A stretch of DNA of 64,000 nucleotides from positions 640,001-704,000 of the forward strand of contig JAYFMW010000020.1 of the NCBI GenBank assembly GCA_042408215.1, in the 5' to 3' direction. Numbering within the stretch: the stretch's first letter is position 1; each line of letters starts with the position of its first letter. This DNA is from Microcoleus sp. Its GTDB lineage: Bacteria > Cyanobacteriota > Cyanobacteriia > Cyanobacteriales > Microcoleaceae. The notes under the pieces are model-generated. The model made no database searches, had not been told where the DNA came from, and was given only the letters and a program-made list of their open reading frames with translations. Below, one piece after another: positions 1-9,027 of this stretch. The position numbers and the translations under genes were made by a program.

Positions 1-1161
1 ATCAGCTTTTGGCAGATCCATTGTGCGATCGACTGTCAGCGTATCGCCTGTTTTCAAGCCTTCTAGCCGCCCCAAAGCGACTATTTCCCCCCCACTTGCC
101 GAATTCAAACTTTGGGTTTGCTGGCCGATTAAACGGTACAAACCGTTAACTCGCAGCCCGTTCAAAGTTGCTCCGTCTGCTAGGGTGCCCTGCCAAATTC
201 TCACTAACGATAGTTTGCTGCCCTGGGCTGTATAATAGGTTTTCAGGACTTGAGCGCCAACTTTGTCATCACTTTGTATAACACCGCGCCGGGCCGCAGT
301 CGTTTCCGGGGCCGGCGCTTCCCTCAGCAAAGCTTCTAGCAGCGGGCGCACGCCGAAATCTTGTTCGGCGATCCCGATGAATACGGGCACGATTAAATCG
401 GCGCCCAATTCCATCTTTAAATCGCGGGTGATTTCTTCGGTGTCGGGGTTGATTTCTTCGAGCAATTCTTCGAGCAAATGGTCGTCAAAATTGGCCAATT
501 CCTCCAGCATTTGTTGCCGCGCTTCGTGCTCTTGTGCTTTCAGGTTTTCTGGTAGCGGTACGGGATCTGCGGCGGCGCCCGGATGGTAGTGGTAAGCTTG
601 TTCGGTTACTAAGTCGATGAAGCCGACGATTTGTCGGTCTTTGCCGATCGGATATTGGTGAGGTACGATCGGTCTACTGGAAATAGATTTGAGTGCGTTG
701 ATGATGTTGATGAAGTTGCTGCCGCAAGTTGTTTCGTCTGTGGAAGCGCGATCGATCTTATTGACAAAAACTAGGTGCGGAATTTCCCAATCATCCAGGA
801 ATTTAAACAGGGGTGCGAGGGTGAGAGGTCGATCCGTCACTGGCTCGCAAACTATTACCGCCGCGTCTACACCAATCAGTGCATTGTAAGTTTCTTGGGC
901 AAATTCGATCGAGCCCGGACAGTCAAGAAATGTGAAGCGGACGCCTTCGTATTCAGTGCTGGCGGCGTTAACTTCTGTGCTCATTTTGCGATCGCGCGCT
1001 TCCGGCGAACTATCACCGATTGTGTTGCCATCTTTGGCATTACCTTTGCGAGTAATTGCGCCTGTCACTGACAGCAAACTTTCCAGCAGTGCGGTTTTAC
1101 CGCTTAAATAAGGGCCAACAATTGCAACGTTCCGCGTGGCCCCAATAACTTTTTCGTTCAT
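1..1161 (-). CDS. Elongation factor G-like GTPase (EF-G paralogue), N-terminal part; runs off the window start
   Basis: Read manually on the minus strand from ATG at 1161: MNEKVIGATRNVAIVGPYLSGKT...FLDCPGS...FVNKID (G1/G3/G4). A GGAGG RBS lies upstream. Not in the ORF track because it is truncated. Confidence 0.85.
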   Translation of the reverse strand, partial: MNEKVIGATRNVAIVGPYLSGKTALLESLLSVTGAITRKGNAKDGNTIGDSSPEARDRKMSTEVNAASTEYEGVRFTFLDCPGSIEFAQETYNALIGVDAAVIVCEPVTDRPLTLAPLFKFLDDWEIPHLVFVNKIDRASTDETTCGSNFINIINALKSISSRPIVPHQYPIGKDRQIVGFIDLVTEQAYHYHPGAAADPVPLPENLKAQEHEARQQMLEELANFDDHLLEELLEEINPDTEEITRDLKMELGADLIVPVFIGIAEQDFGVRPLLEALLREAPAPETTAARRGVIQSDDKVGAQVLKTYYTAQGSKLSLVRIWQGTLADGATLNGLRVNGLYRLIGQQTQSLNSASGGEIVALGRLEGLKTGDTLTVDRTMDLPKAD

Positions 1162-1447
1162 CTTCCCTCCAACATAAAACTTGTTTTCGATTGCTCCTGG
1201 TGCATTGAATTAAATACAATCTTCTAGACTTTTTCCAGGTCAATTTTTATTGCTGTCTAGATTAATTTCAGATTTTGGTATGATTCAATACTTTTGACCC
1301 TAGCGTGTTTTGAGTGACAACAACAAAAATTGTAGTTTTTCTTAATATTTGGAGTTTTTAACCGCAGAGAACGCAGAGAACGCAGAGGAAGAGAAGAGAG
1401 AGACTAATAATTCCGATTGATATCGCTCTTCCTCTGTCTTGATTTGT

Positions 1448-3361
1448 CTAATTTCTGAGCAGTCGCAAACCGCTTAATGTTACTATTACTGTAGACCCTT
1501 CGTGCCCGATTACACCTAAAGGCATGGTGATATTTCCCCAAAAATTAGCAGCTAATAACAACAGAATGCAACTGAGCGCGAAAACTATGTTTTGTTTGAC
1601 GACATTTTGAGCGCGACGGCCTAAAATAATTGCCTTTGCTAGTTGTTCCAATCTATCGGCCATTAATACTATATCCGCAGTTTCTAAAGCTACATCGCTG
1701 CCAGAAATTCCCATTGCGATTCCTACGGAAGCTTGAGCTAGGGCGGGGGCATCGTTGATGCCGTCTCCTACCATTGCGACGGTTTGATAGTGTTTTTGCA
1801 GCTCTTTAATTACCTGCACTTTATCTTCGGGCAAAAGTTCCGCATAGACTTCATTGATGCCTAATTCGCGGGCTATATATTGAGCGGTTTGCTGATTGTC
1901 ACCTGTCAGCATAATTATATGTTCTATGCCTAAGTTTGTCAAGCGTTTGATCGTGTTTGCGGCTTCGGGGCGGAGTGTATCGGCAACTGCTATGATTCCT
2001 AAAAGTCGATCGCCCTTTGCCACCCAAACAACGGTTTTTCCTTCTGCTTGCAACTGCTGACTTACTTGAGTTAACTCCGCAGTCGCTTCCACAAATTCAG
2101 CTTTGCCAATTGTGATTATTTGGTTGTTGACTTTACCGATAATTCCTTGCCCGATTTTTGCTTGGACATCAGTTGCGGTTGGGAGTTCTAGTTGTTGCTG
2201 CTGGGCGGCTTGGACAATGGCGATCGCGATCGCGTGTTCGGAATAAGTTTCTAAAGCAGCAGCTAATTGCAAAACTTCTGTTTCAGTATATCCTGCTGCT
2301 GGGACAATTTGGATAACTTCAGGTTTTCCAGTTGTCAGAGTGCCTGTTTTATCAAAGGCGATCGCCCTAACTTTACCAATTATCTCTAATTGTGCACCAC
2401 TTTTAAACAAAATTCCTTGTTTCGCCCCGTTAGCAATGCCCGAAAGCAGCGCCGGCATAATCGAAGCCATCAGCGCGCAGGGAGAAGCGACTACTAGGAA
2501 AATCAGCGCCCTATAGATAGTATCTTCCCAATTCCAGCCTAAAATAAATGGTGGCAAAATTGCTAATAGCAAGCCTAAACCCACAATTAATCTGGCATAA
2601 CCGCGCTCGAACTTTTCGACAAACATTTGAGAAGGCGGCGCTTCGGTTTGCGCTTGTTTCACCATCCGAATTACTCGCTGAATTAAACTGCTTTCTGGGG
2701 TTTTGTGTACTTCCAGTTGTAGCGCGCCGACACCGTTAATTGTCCCTGCATACACTTCATCGCCGACGGTTTTTTCCACGGGCATAGATTCGCCGGTAAT
2801 CGAGGCTTGATTCAGGCTGCTAAAACCTTCTACAATTATCGCATCGGTGGGAATGATTTCTCCGGGCTTGACTAAAATGCGATCGCCTATTTCCAATTTG
2901 TCGATCGCAATTTCTCGTTCATCCCCATACATCATAACCCTAGCAGTATCCGCAGTCAAACTCATCAGACTGCGAATACTACGTTCAGTACGCTGCATAG
3001 CATAACCTTCTAGCGCGCCACTAATCGCAAAGATTAAAATCAACACCGCGCCGTCAACAATTAAATGATATTCTTGCCGCCACAGCCCCAAACTGGCCGC
3101 CCCCAAAGCAGCAACAATCATTAACAAATCAACATCTAATTCTCGTTCTTGAAAGAGTGTAGTTAATCCTTCGCGGGCGCTAGAATAACCACCGATCGCA
3201 TAAGCCGCCGGCAGGATAAATACGGCTAAGCCTAGCCAGCCGAGGTGCAGCGCCAGAGAACCCAAAATTACCAGAAATCCGCACAGGGCGGCAGTTATAG
3301 CATCTGGATGTTCTTCTGCTAACTGGGAAAGGCGAGAAATTGATAGAGAATTAGTAGTCAT
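1448..3361 (-). CDS. coaT: Heavy-metal P1B-4-type ATPase, CoaT-like cobalt exporter
   Basis: TGES, DKTGT and GDGINDAP motifs. SPC in the metal-site helix, HEG near the C-terminus and no N-terminal HMA domain. Divergent from a CoaR-like regulator. Confidence 0.85.
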   Translation of the reverse strand: MTTNSLSISRLSQLAEEHPDAITAALCGFLVILGSLALHLGWLGLAVFILPAAYAIGGYSSAREGLTTLFQERELDVDLLMIVAALGAASLGLWRQEYHLIVDGAVLILIFAISGALEGYAMQRTERSIRSLMSLTADTARVMMYGDEREIAIDKLEIGDRILVKPGEIIPTDAIIVEGFSSLNQASITGESMPVEKTVGDEVYAGTINGVGALQLEVHKTPESSLIQRVIRMVKQAQTEAPPSQMFVEKFERGYARLIVGLGLLLAILPPFILGWNWEDTIYRALIFLVVASPCALMASIMPALLSGIANGAKQGILFKSGAQLEIIGKVRAIAFDKTGTLTTGKPEVIQIVPAAGYTETEVLQLAAALETYSEHAIAIAIVQAAQQQQLELPTATDVQAKIGQGIIGKVNNQIITIGKAEFVEATAELTQVSQQLQAEGKTVVWVAKGDRLLGIIAVADTLRPEAANTIKRLTNLGIEHIIMLTGDNQQTAQYIARELGINEVYAELLPEDKVQVIKELQKHYQTVAMVGDGINDAPALAQASVGIAMGISGSDVALETADIVLMADRLEQLAKAIILGRRAQNVVKQNIVFALSCILLLLAANFWGNITMPLGVIGHEGSTVIVTLSGLRLLRN

Positions 3362-3394
3362 TGGGAAAATTTGATTTGGTAGAATGACTCCTAT

Positions 3395-3427
3395 AGCCTA
3401 AACCTTGACATTAATGTCAATGTCAAG
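3395..3427 (-). promoter_or_regulatory. MerR-type promoter/operator of coaT
   Basis: Perfect 9-6-9 inverted repeat CTTGACATT-N6-AATGTCAAG (3404-3427). On the minus strand TTGACA (3426-3421) and TAGGCT (3400-3395) are separated by a 20-bp spacer, typical of MerR promoters. Confidence 0.8.
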
Positions 3428-3531
3428 AGTAAAATCAAACAAAATTACAAAACTCAATAACCATCCGTACTCATCCGCGTACATCCGCGTACATCCGCTC
3501 ACATCTGCGGTTAAAAAATCCCAAAAATCCC

Positions 3532-4647
3532 ATGCAAAAATACCTCACAATTAAACAACTTACAGAAGCCGTAAAAGGCCCCATCACCCCTCGGATGGTG
3601 CGACACTATCACGCCTTGGGGTTGCTATCTCCCGCAGTGCGATCGACCTCCAACTACAGACTCTACACCCGCAGCGACGTCCAGAAATTGCAAAAAATTG
3701 TCGCACTGAAACAGCAAGGTTTTCAGCTTTCTCATATTCGCAAACTCTTAGCAACTGACAGCGAGACTTCCTCTGACGCGCTGATGGGGGCGCTACAACA
3801 GCAATATTTGTCTGTCACGCAACAGATTGTTCGCCTCCGACAAACGGCTTTAGCGCTGGAAGGATTGCTGGGGCGGGATATTTCGTGTCAAGCGGTGCAA
3901 GCGGGCGCACTGTCGCAATTGAGGCTGTTGCAGGTGGAAACTGAGGGGGGATTGGGTGAATTGGAACAAGTTTGGGATAGTTGGGATGCGGTGGCGCATT
4001 CTCACCCGGAGGATTTTGGGGAGTCTTTGCAGCATTTGTTGCCGGATTTGAGCGATCGCTCGGAAATTGAGGTAGACTTGCTGTCAAAGTTGGTATTAGC
4101 TTGCGGTGATTGTTCGCTGTTACCGTTTGTGAAGTTGAGCGAAACTGCGATTCAATCTGCTCGCGAAGCCCTGAAAAGTAATTGTCAAATTGTGGCTGAT
4201 GTTTCGCCTGTTTTTGCTGCTCTCGATCGCACTAGATTAGCACATTTGGGAACAAGTATTGAAACTTTAATTGATGACCCACACATTAATGCTGCTGCGG
4301 AAGCGGAACAGGAATTTTGGCAGGAAAAAGCATGGTTTGAACAGTTGTTTAAACTCGAAAAAGGATGTATATTGGTAGTAGGATATGCGCCGTCGGTGTT
4401 GATGGCTGTTTGTGAGGCGATCGAGCATCGGGAACTGCAACCGGCTTTGGTGATTGGTATGCCGATCGGTTTTAGTCATTCTCCGATCGCGAAACGGCGG
4501 TTAGTGCGATCGGGCGTTCCTTATATTACGACTGTTGGGACTTTTGGCGGCGGATTGTTGGCGGCGGTTGCTTTGAATGCTTTGGTTGAATCTTTGATTG
4601 AAAAGCCGAATTGTCATTGTTATCTCAAGTTAAATAAATCAATCTAA
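3532..4647 (+). CDS. coaR: CoaR-like cobalt-sensing MerR regulator with a precorrin-isomerase-like (CbiC/CobH) domain
   Basis: N-terminal MerR HTH (LTIKQL...RMVRHY...NYRLY), CbiC-like C-terminal domain (LVIGMPIGF...GGGLLAAVALNAL) and terminal Cys-His-Cys. Confidence 0.85.
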   Translation: MQKYLTIKQLTEAVKGPITPRMVRHYHALGLLSPAVRSTSNYRLYTRSDVQKLQKIVALKQQGFQLSHIRKLLATDSETSSDALMGALQQQYLSVTQQIVRLRQTALALEGLLGRDISCQAVQAGALSQLRLLQVETEGGLGELEQVWDSWDAVAHSHPEDFGESLQHLLPDLSDRSEIEVDLLSKLVLACGDCSLLPFVKLSETAIQSAREALKSNCQIVADVSPVFAALDRTRLAHLGTSIETLIDDPHINAAAEAEQEFWQEKAWFEQLFKLEKGCILVVGYAPSVLMAVCEAIEHRELQPALVIGMPIGFSHSPIAKRRLVRSGVPYITTVGTFGGGLLAAVALNALVESLIEKPNCHCYLKLNKSI

Positions 4648-4649
4648 TT

Positions 4650-4850
4650 AAACGTAAAACGATCTCGCTTGTTAGATATTCTATCTGAGTCACAATCCTC
4701 TCGATCCCCCCTAACCCCCCTTAAAAAGGGGGGAACAAGAGTATTCTCAAAGTCAACCCCTACTCCCCTTCTTAAGGGGGATTTAGGGGGATCGAGACTT
4801 CGATACAAATGAGAAAGATAGAGGGTTTTAGTCTTAAGTTGACACCAGTG
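4650..4850. repeat. Dispersed palindromic MITE-like repeat (G/C-rich core, TTAAGTTGACAC end)
   Basis: ATCCCCCCTAACCCCCCTTAAAAAGGGGGG...AAGGGGGATTTAGGGGGAT core, shared with copies at about 20.5, 39.1-39.7, 47.6, 60.8 and 62.8 kb. Confidence 0.75.
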
Positions 4851-4882
4851 CCTTACTCGCCCCTACAAGTTTTCAGATGCGA

Positions 4883-7555
4883 TTATTTCAACCCTTCTAG
4901 CAATTGATTGCGAGCAGTTTCTAGGGCTGCTTTCAACTTAGTTGCATCGCGGCCCCCAGCTTGCGCTAAATTCGGCCGCCCGCCGCCTTTTCCGCCACAA
5001 ATTTGAGCAATTCCCCCAATAAACTTCCCAGCTTGCAATCCTTTCTTGTTGACTTCTGGACTAAAAGCTGCTACCAAACTTACTTTGTCTGGTTCGGGAA
5101 TTGATGCTAAAACTACAGCACTATTTCCGAGTTTTTGCTGCAACCTTTCCGCCGCAGTTTTCAGTGCTTCTGTATCCACATCTCCCAATTCGGCGATGAT
5201 GATTTTGCAGTCGCCAATCGACTCAGCTTGTGCTAGCAATTGGTCAGATTTAGCGATCGCTAATTCCGACTTCAAAGCAGCCAATTGTTTCTGAGTATCC
5301 TTCAATTCGTTCTGCAAATTAGTGATGCGATTTGGCAATTCTTCGGGTTTTGCTTTAAATCGATCGCCCAAATCTCGCACCACCTTGTCCCGCACGTTCA
5401 AATAGTCTAACACAGCTTGACCGGAAACTGCTTCTATCCTGCGAATTCCCGATGCTACCCCCGCTTCGGAAACTATCTTAAATAGCCCGATTTCTGCGGT
5501 GTTGCTGACGTGGGTTCCGCCGCACAATTCCATCGAAACGCCGGGGAAATCAATCACTCGCACGACGTCGCCGTATTTCTCGCCAAACATGGCGATTGCG
5601 CCTTTTTCTCTCGCTTGGGCGATCGGCATTTCGGCAATTTCAGCAACGTGAGCCTCCGCAATCCAGTTATTAATTTGATGTTCAATTTGCTCCAACTCTG
5701 CCGCTGTCACCGCCCTTGGAGAATTGAAGTCAAATCGCAATCTGTCAAAGGATACCAGAGAACCAGCTTGAGAAATAGAAGCGTCTACAATTTGCCGCAA
5801 AGCTGCTTGGAGTAAATGAGTTGCTGTGTGATTAGCCTGAACTCTGCGACGCCCGCTATTGTCAATTTGTGCAGTCACATTCTCGCCAACTTTCAGCATT
5901 CCCCGTTCCACAATCCCGAAATGCACGAAGAAACCCGACTCCTTTTTCACATCATCAACCCTCACCAACAAACTCTCTACATTTTCTCCCTCTGCGCCCT
6001 CTGCGCCGCTGCGGTTAAAATAACCCTTATCCCCAATTTGTCCCCCCGATTCTGCATAAAACGGCGTGGGATTCAATACAACTTGTACCTCGGTTCCAGC
6101 GGCTGCTTCTGTAACAGATTTGCCGTCTACTAAGATAACTTCCACCTTAGCTAAACTCGATAATTTCCCATAACCAACAAACTCTGTTACCTGGATACTT
6201 TCAGCCAATTTATCCAAAGAACCCTGGACGGTTAAATCAATAGTTTCGCGCCCTTCTTTTCCGCGAAGTTGCTGTTCTTTCATCTGCGCTTCAAAACCCA
6301 GCAAATCGACAGTAATTCCCTGTTCTTCGGCAATTTCTTGAGTCAATTCTAAGGGGAAACCGTAGGTATCGTAAAGGGTGAAAGCATCGGGGCCGCTGAT
6401 TTGTTGGTTTTCTTGCTGTTTTGTGCGATCGACAATTTCTGACAGCAGTTTTTCGCCCCGTTCCAAAGTTTTGAGAAACTGCGATTCTTCCCTTGCTAAT
6501 TCAGCTTTAATTGCTGCTTCCCGCTGGCGCACGTTCGGATACACGCTCTCGGAAAGGGCGATCGCACTTTCGGCCACCCGCACCGTAAATTCCCCTTCAA
6601 TTCCAATCAGCCGCCCGTGGCGCACCACCCGGCGAATCAACCGACGCAAAATGTAGCCCCGCCCCACATTCGACGCCCGAATTTCATCAGCAATCATGTG
6701 GACGACAGCCCGAATGTGGTCGCCAATTACTTTTAGCGAAACCTTGGTTTTTTCATCGCTATTAGCATAATCAATCCCGGCCATTTCCGCAGCAGATTGG
6801 AGGATCGGAAAAATCAAATCTGTTTCGTAATTATTGGGGACTTTCTGGAGGATTTGCGCCATCCGTTCCAATCCCATTCCAGTATCAATATTTTGATTTT
6901 GCAGCGGTGTTAAATTGCCCTCTGCATCTTTATTGTACTGCATGAATACCAGGTTGTAAAATTCGATAAATCTGGTATCATCTTCTAGGTCAATATCCTC
7001 GCCTCTTTCTGGGTGAAAATCATAGTAAATTTCCGAACAGGGGCCGCAGGGCCCAGTGGGGCCGGAATTCCAGAAGTTGTCGTCTTCTCCCATGCGCTGG
7101 ATGCGATCGCCCGGAATGCCGATTTCGTCGCGCCAAATTGCAAAGGCTTCGTCATCTTCGCGGAAGACGCTAACCACTAAGTTTTCCGCCGGTAAACCGA
7201 AGACTTCGGTGGAAAGTTCCCAAGCCCAGGCGATGGCTTGTTTCTTGAAGTAATCCCCGAAGCTGAAGTTACCCAACATCTCAAAAAATGTGTGGTGACG
7301 GGCGGTGCGGCCGACGTTTTCGATATCATTGGTGCGGATGCACTTTTGGGATGTGGTGGCGCGGGGAGATGCGGCGGTGCGCTGTCCGAGAAATATTGGT
7401 TTAAATGGTAGCATTCCGGCGATCGTCAGCAATACTGTCGGGTCTTCGGGCACTAATGAAGCACTCGGTAAGATTTTATGTCCCCGCTGGGCATAAAAGT
7501 TGAGGAATGTTTCGCGAATTTGGCTACCGCACAGAAACTGAGGAGAAATAGACAT
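4883..7555 (-). CDS. alaS: Alanyl-tRNA synthetase
   Basis: [32 protein letters not shown], editing HxxxH/ELCGGTHV and C-terminal GGKGGG. Confidence 0.98.
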   Translation of the reverse strand: MSISPQFLCGSQIRETFLNFYAQRGHKILPSASLVPEDPTVLLTIAGMLPFKPIFLGQRTAASPRATTSQKCIRTNDIENVGRTARHHTFFEMLGNFSFGDYFKKQAIAWAWELSTEVFGLPAENLVVSVFREDDEAFAIWRDEIGIPGDRIQRMGEDDNFWNSGPTGPCGPCSEIYYDFHPERGEDIDLEDDTRFIEFYNLVFMQYNKDAEGNLTPLQNQNIDTGMGLERMAQILQKVPNNYETDLIFPILQSAAEMAGIDYANSDEKTKVSLKVIGDHIRAVVHMIADEIRASNVGRGYILRRLIRRVVRHGRLIGIEGEFTVRVAESAIALSESVYPNVRQREAAIKAELAREESQFLKTLERGEKLLSEIVDRTKQQENQQISGPDAFTLYDTYGFPLELTQEIAEEQGITVDLLGFEAQMKEQQLRGKEGRETIDLTVQGSLDKLAESIQVTEFVGYGKLSSLAKVEVILVDGKSVTEAAAGTEVQVVLNPTPFYAESGGQIGDKGYFNRSGAEGAEGENVESLLVRVDDVKKESGFFVHFGIVERGMLKVGENVTAQIDNSGRRRVQANHTATHLLQAALRQIVDASISQAGSLVSFDRLRFDFNSPRAVTAAELEQIEHQINNWIAEAHVAEIAEMPIAQAREKGAIAMFGEKYGDVVRVIDFPGVSMELCGGTHVSNTAEIGLFKIVSEAGVASGIRRIEAVSGQAVLDYLNVRDKVVRDLGDRFKAKPEELPNRITNLQNELKDTQKQLAALKSELAIAKSDQLLAQAESIGDCKIIIAELGDVDTEALKTAAERLQQKLGNSAVVLASIPEPDKVSLVAAFSPEVNKKGLQAGKFIGGIAQICGGKGGGRPNLAQAGGRDATKLKAALETARNQLLEGLK

Positions 7556-7669
7556 GACAAAAACAATTAAGTATGTAAAGATGTAGCAGGAATAGAACTT
7601 ACATCTATGTGGATATTTATATCATTATAATGAGTAATGTAAAGACCTATCAAGTTTTGCAAATTATGC

Positions 7670-7698
7670 TTGCCAGTCTGGAAAGGTCATGGTAGCTT
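7670..7698 (+). promoter_or_regulatory. Putative sigma70-type promoter for the 6S RNA precursor
   Basis: TTGCCA-N17-TAGCTT, divergent from alaS. Confidence 0.45.
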
Positions 7699-7789
7699 AA
7701 TAGTAGACACCTGGATAGAAAAAGAAAGGAGGTCGCTCATACTTATCAACGTTATCAACACATTTCCCGGATATAGACATGGTGTCTCC

Positions 7790-7970
7790 GGTCTAGATTC
7801 CGAAAGCGGCCGAAATTAACCGAACACAACTTAGAATAGTGGTAACACTGCTGATCTAGCAGTAACGCCAAAACGCAGTCGAGTCAGACCTAGTGTGATG
7901 TCGGATTAAGAGTAAAGCTGCACAAGTTGTACACCCTAGTAATTAATTGTTCTCAATCGTCCATAGATCT
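7790..7970 (+). ncRNA. ssrS: Probable 6S RNA (cyanobacterial 6Sa/SsaA)
   Basis: About 180 nt with nested end-to-end pairing (GGTCTA/TAGATC, AATTAA/TTAATT, ACAACTT/AAGTTGT). The GGTAACACTGCT..AGCAGTAACGCC..GTCAGACCT core resembles cyanobacterial 6S RNA as I recall it. Ends approximate. Confidence 0.6.
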
Positions 7971-8044
7971 CGTTTGTTAGAAAAGTTACGGTTCTCATAC
8001 TATTGGGCCTGGTCACTGTCGATCGGGCCCTAAGTTTTGTGATG

Positions 8045-8145
8045 GTAGAAGGGAGAGGGGGAAAGGGGGAGTGGGGAAGAGATGGAGAGGGAGAGGGGGG
8101 AGTGGGGGAGAGAGGGGGAGGGGGAGAGGTAGAGGGAAAGATGGT
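8045..8145. repeat. Purine-rich degenerate heptamer repeat (GGGAGAG-like)
   Basis: Direct reading of the sequence. Confidence 0.7.
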
Positions 8146-8412
8146 GAAATGGGCCAAGATAGTTGCGATCGGCACTAAATAATCCTGTCGAAACGTGATA
8201 CATAGTTAGATGTGTGTTCGCGATCGCTGCTGGTTAGCGGTGGGTAAGGTGCTGTGCTTTAGCTACAGTCAAGATGCGATATCATGGAAAATGTCAATAC
8301 AAGACACTCAACATCTAAGCTAGAGTCTGCTTAAACGGCTCGACTGGCGGTTTCAAAAAAAAATCTAGCACAGTTCTCAAATTCACAATTTTCGGAGATC
8401 CGAGGTACAATC

Positions 8413-9021
8413 ATGGCCGAAATAACTAAAGAAGAAATGCGCGAACGGCTGGGAAATATCGACCAGATCCGAGATATAATTTTCGGGGCGCAGCTTAGAG
8501 AATACGACAATCGCTTCGACAAAATAGATTCCGACTTGTCGATGATGCAGCAAGATATGCAAGCTCGCATCGAACAGGTAAGAACAGTTCTTTCCACAGA
8601 AATGAGGACAGCAGTTGATTCATTAGAAAAGAAAATTAAATCAATCACCTTAAATACCCAAGAAGAAAGCGCCGATCTGCGGCAGCAAATCGATCGCATT
8701 AACCGAAAATTTTCGAGCAGCATTGAAGCCCTCGATGAGGCTATAGACAATCAAACAGGTTCGATTCGTGACGAACTCTCTCAAACCAGAGAGCGGCTGT
8801 CCGAAGAAACTCGCATTCTGAAAACACAAGTTTTTGAAGAACTCGATCGGCGCTTTTCTATGCTCAGAGAGGTGAAAGTTTCCAGAGACGATATGGCAGA
8901 AATTCTGTTTGAACTTGGTATGAGGCTCAAAGGAACTGAATTTGCGCCGGAACTTAAAGGAGTTGCCGATAATAAGTTAAACAACGAATTTTTGTTACCG
9001 GAGCGCCACCATCACGGATAA
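8413..9021 (+). CDS. Coiled-coil hypothetical protein, first gene of the OmpA/Rab-like operon
   Basis: 202 aa, GAGG RBS, heptad-rich helical sequence, 6 bp from the next gene. Confidence 0.85.
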   Translation: MAEITKEEMRERLGNIDQIRDIIFGAQLREYDNRFDKIDSDLSMMQQDMQARIEQVRTVLSTEMRTAVDSLEKKIKSITLNTQEESADLRQQIDRINRKFSSSIEALDEAIDNQTGSIRDELSQTRERLSEETRILKTQVFEELDRRFSMLREVKVSRDDMAEILFELGMRLKGTEFAPELKGVADNKLNNEFLLPERHHHG

Positions 9022-9027
9022 TAACGC

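Noticed and set aside
7936..8175. 79-aa Pro/Ser-rich ORF
   Set aside because: It is a translation of the purine-rich heptamer repeat.
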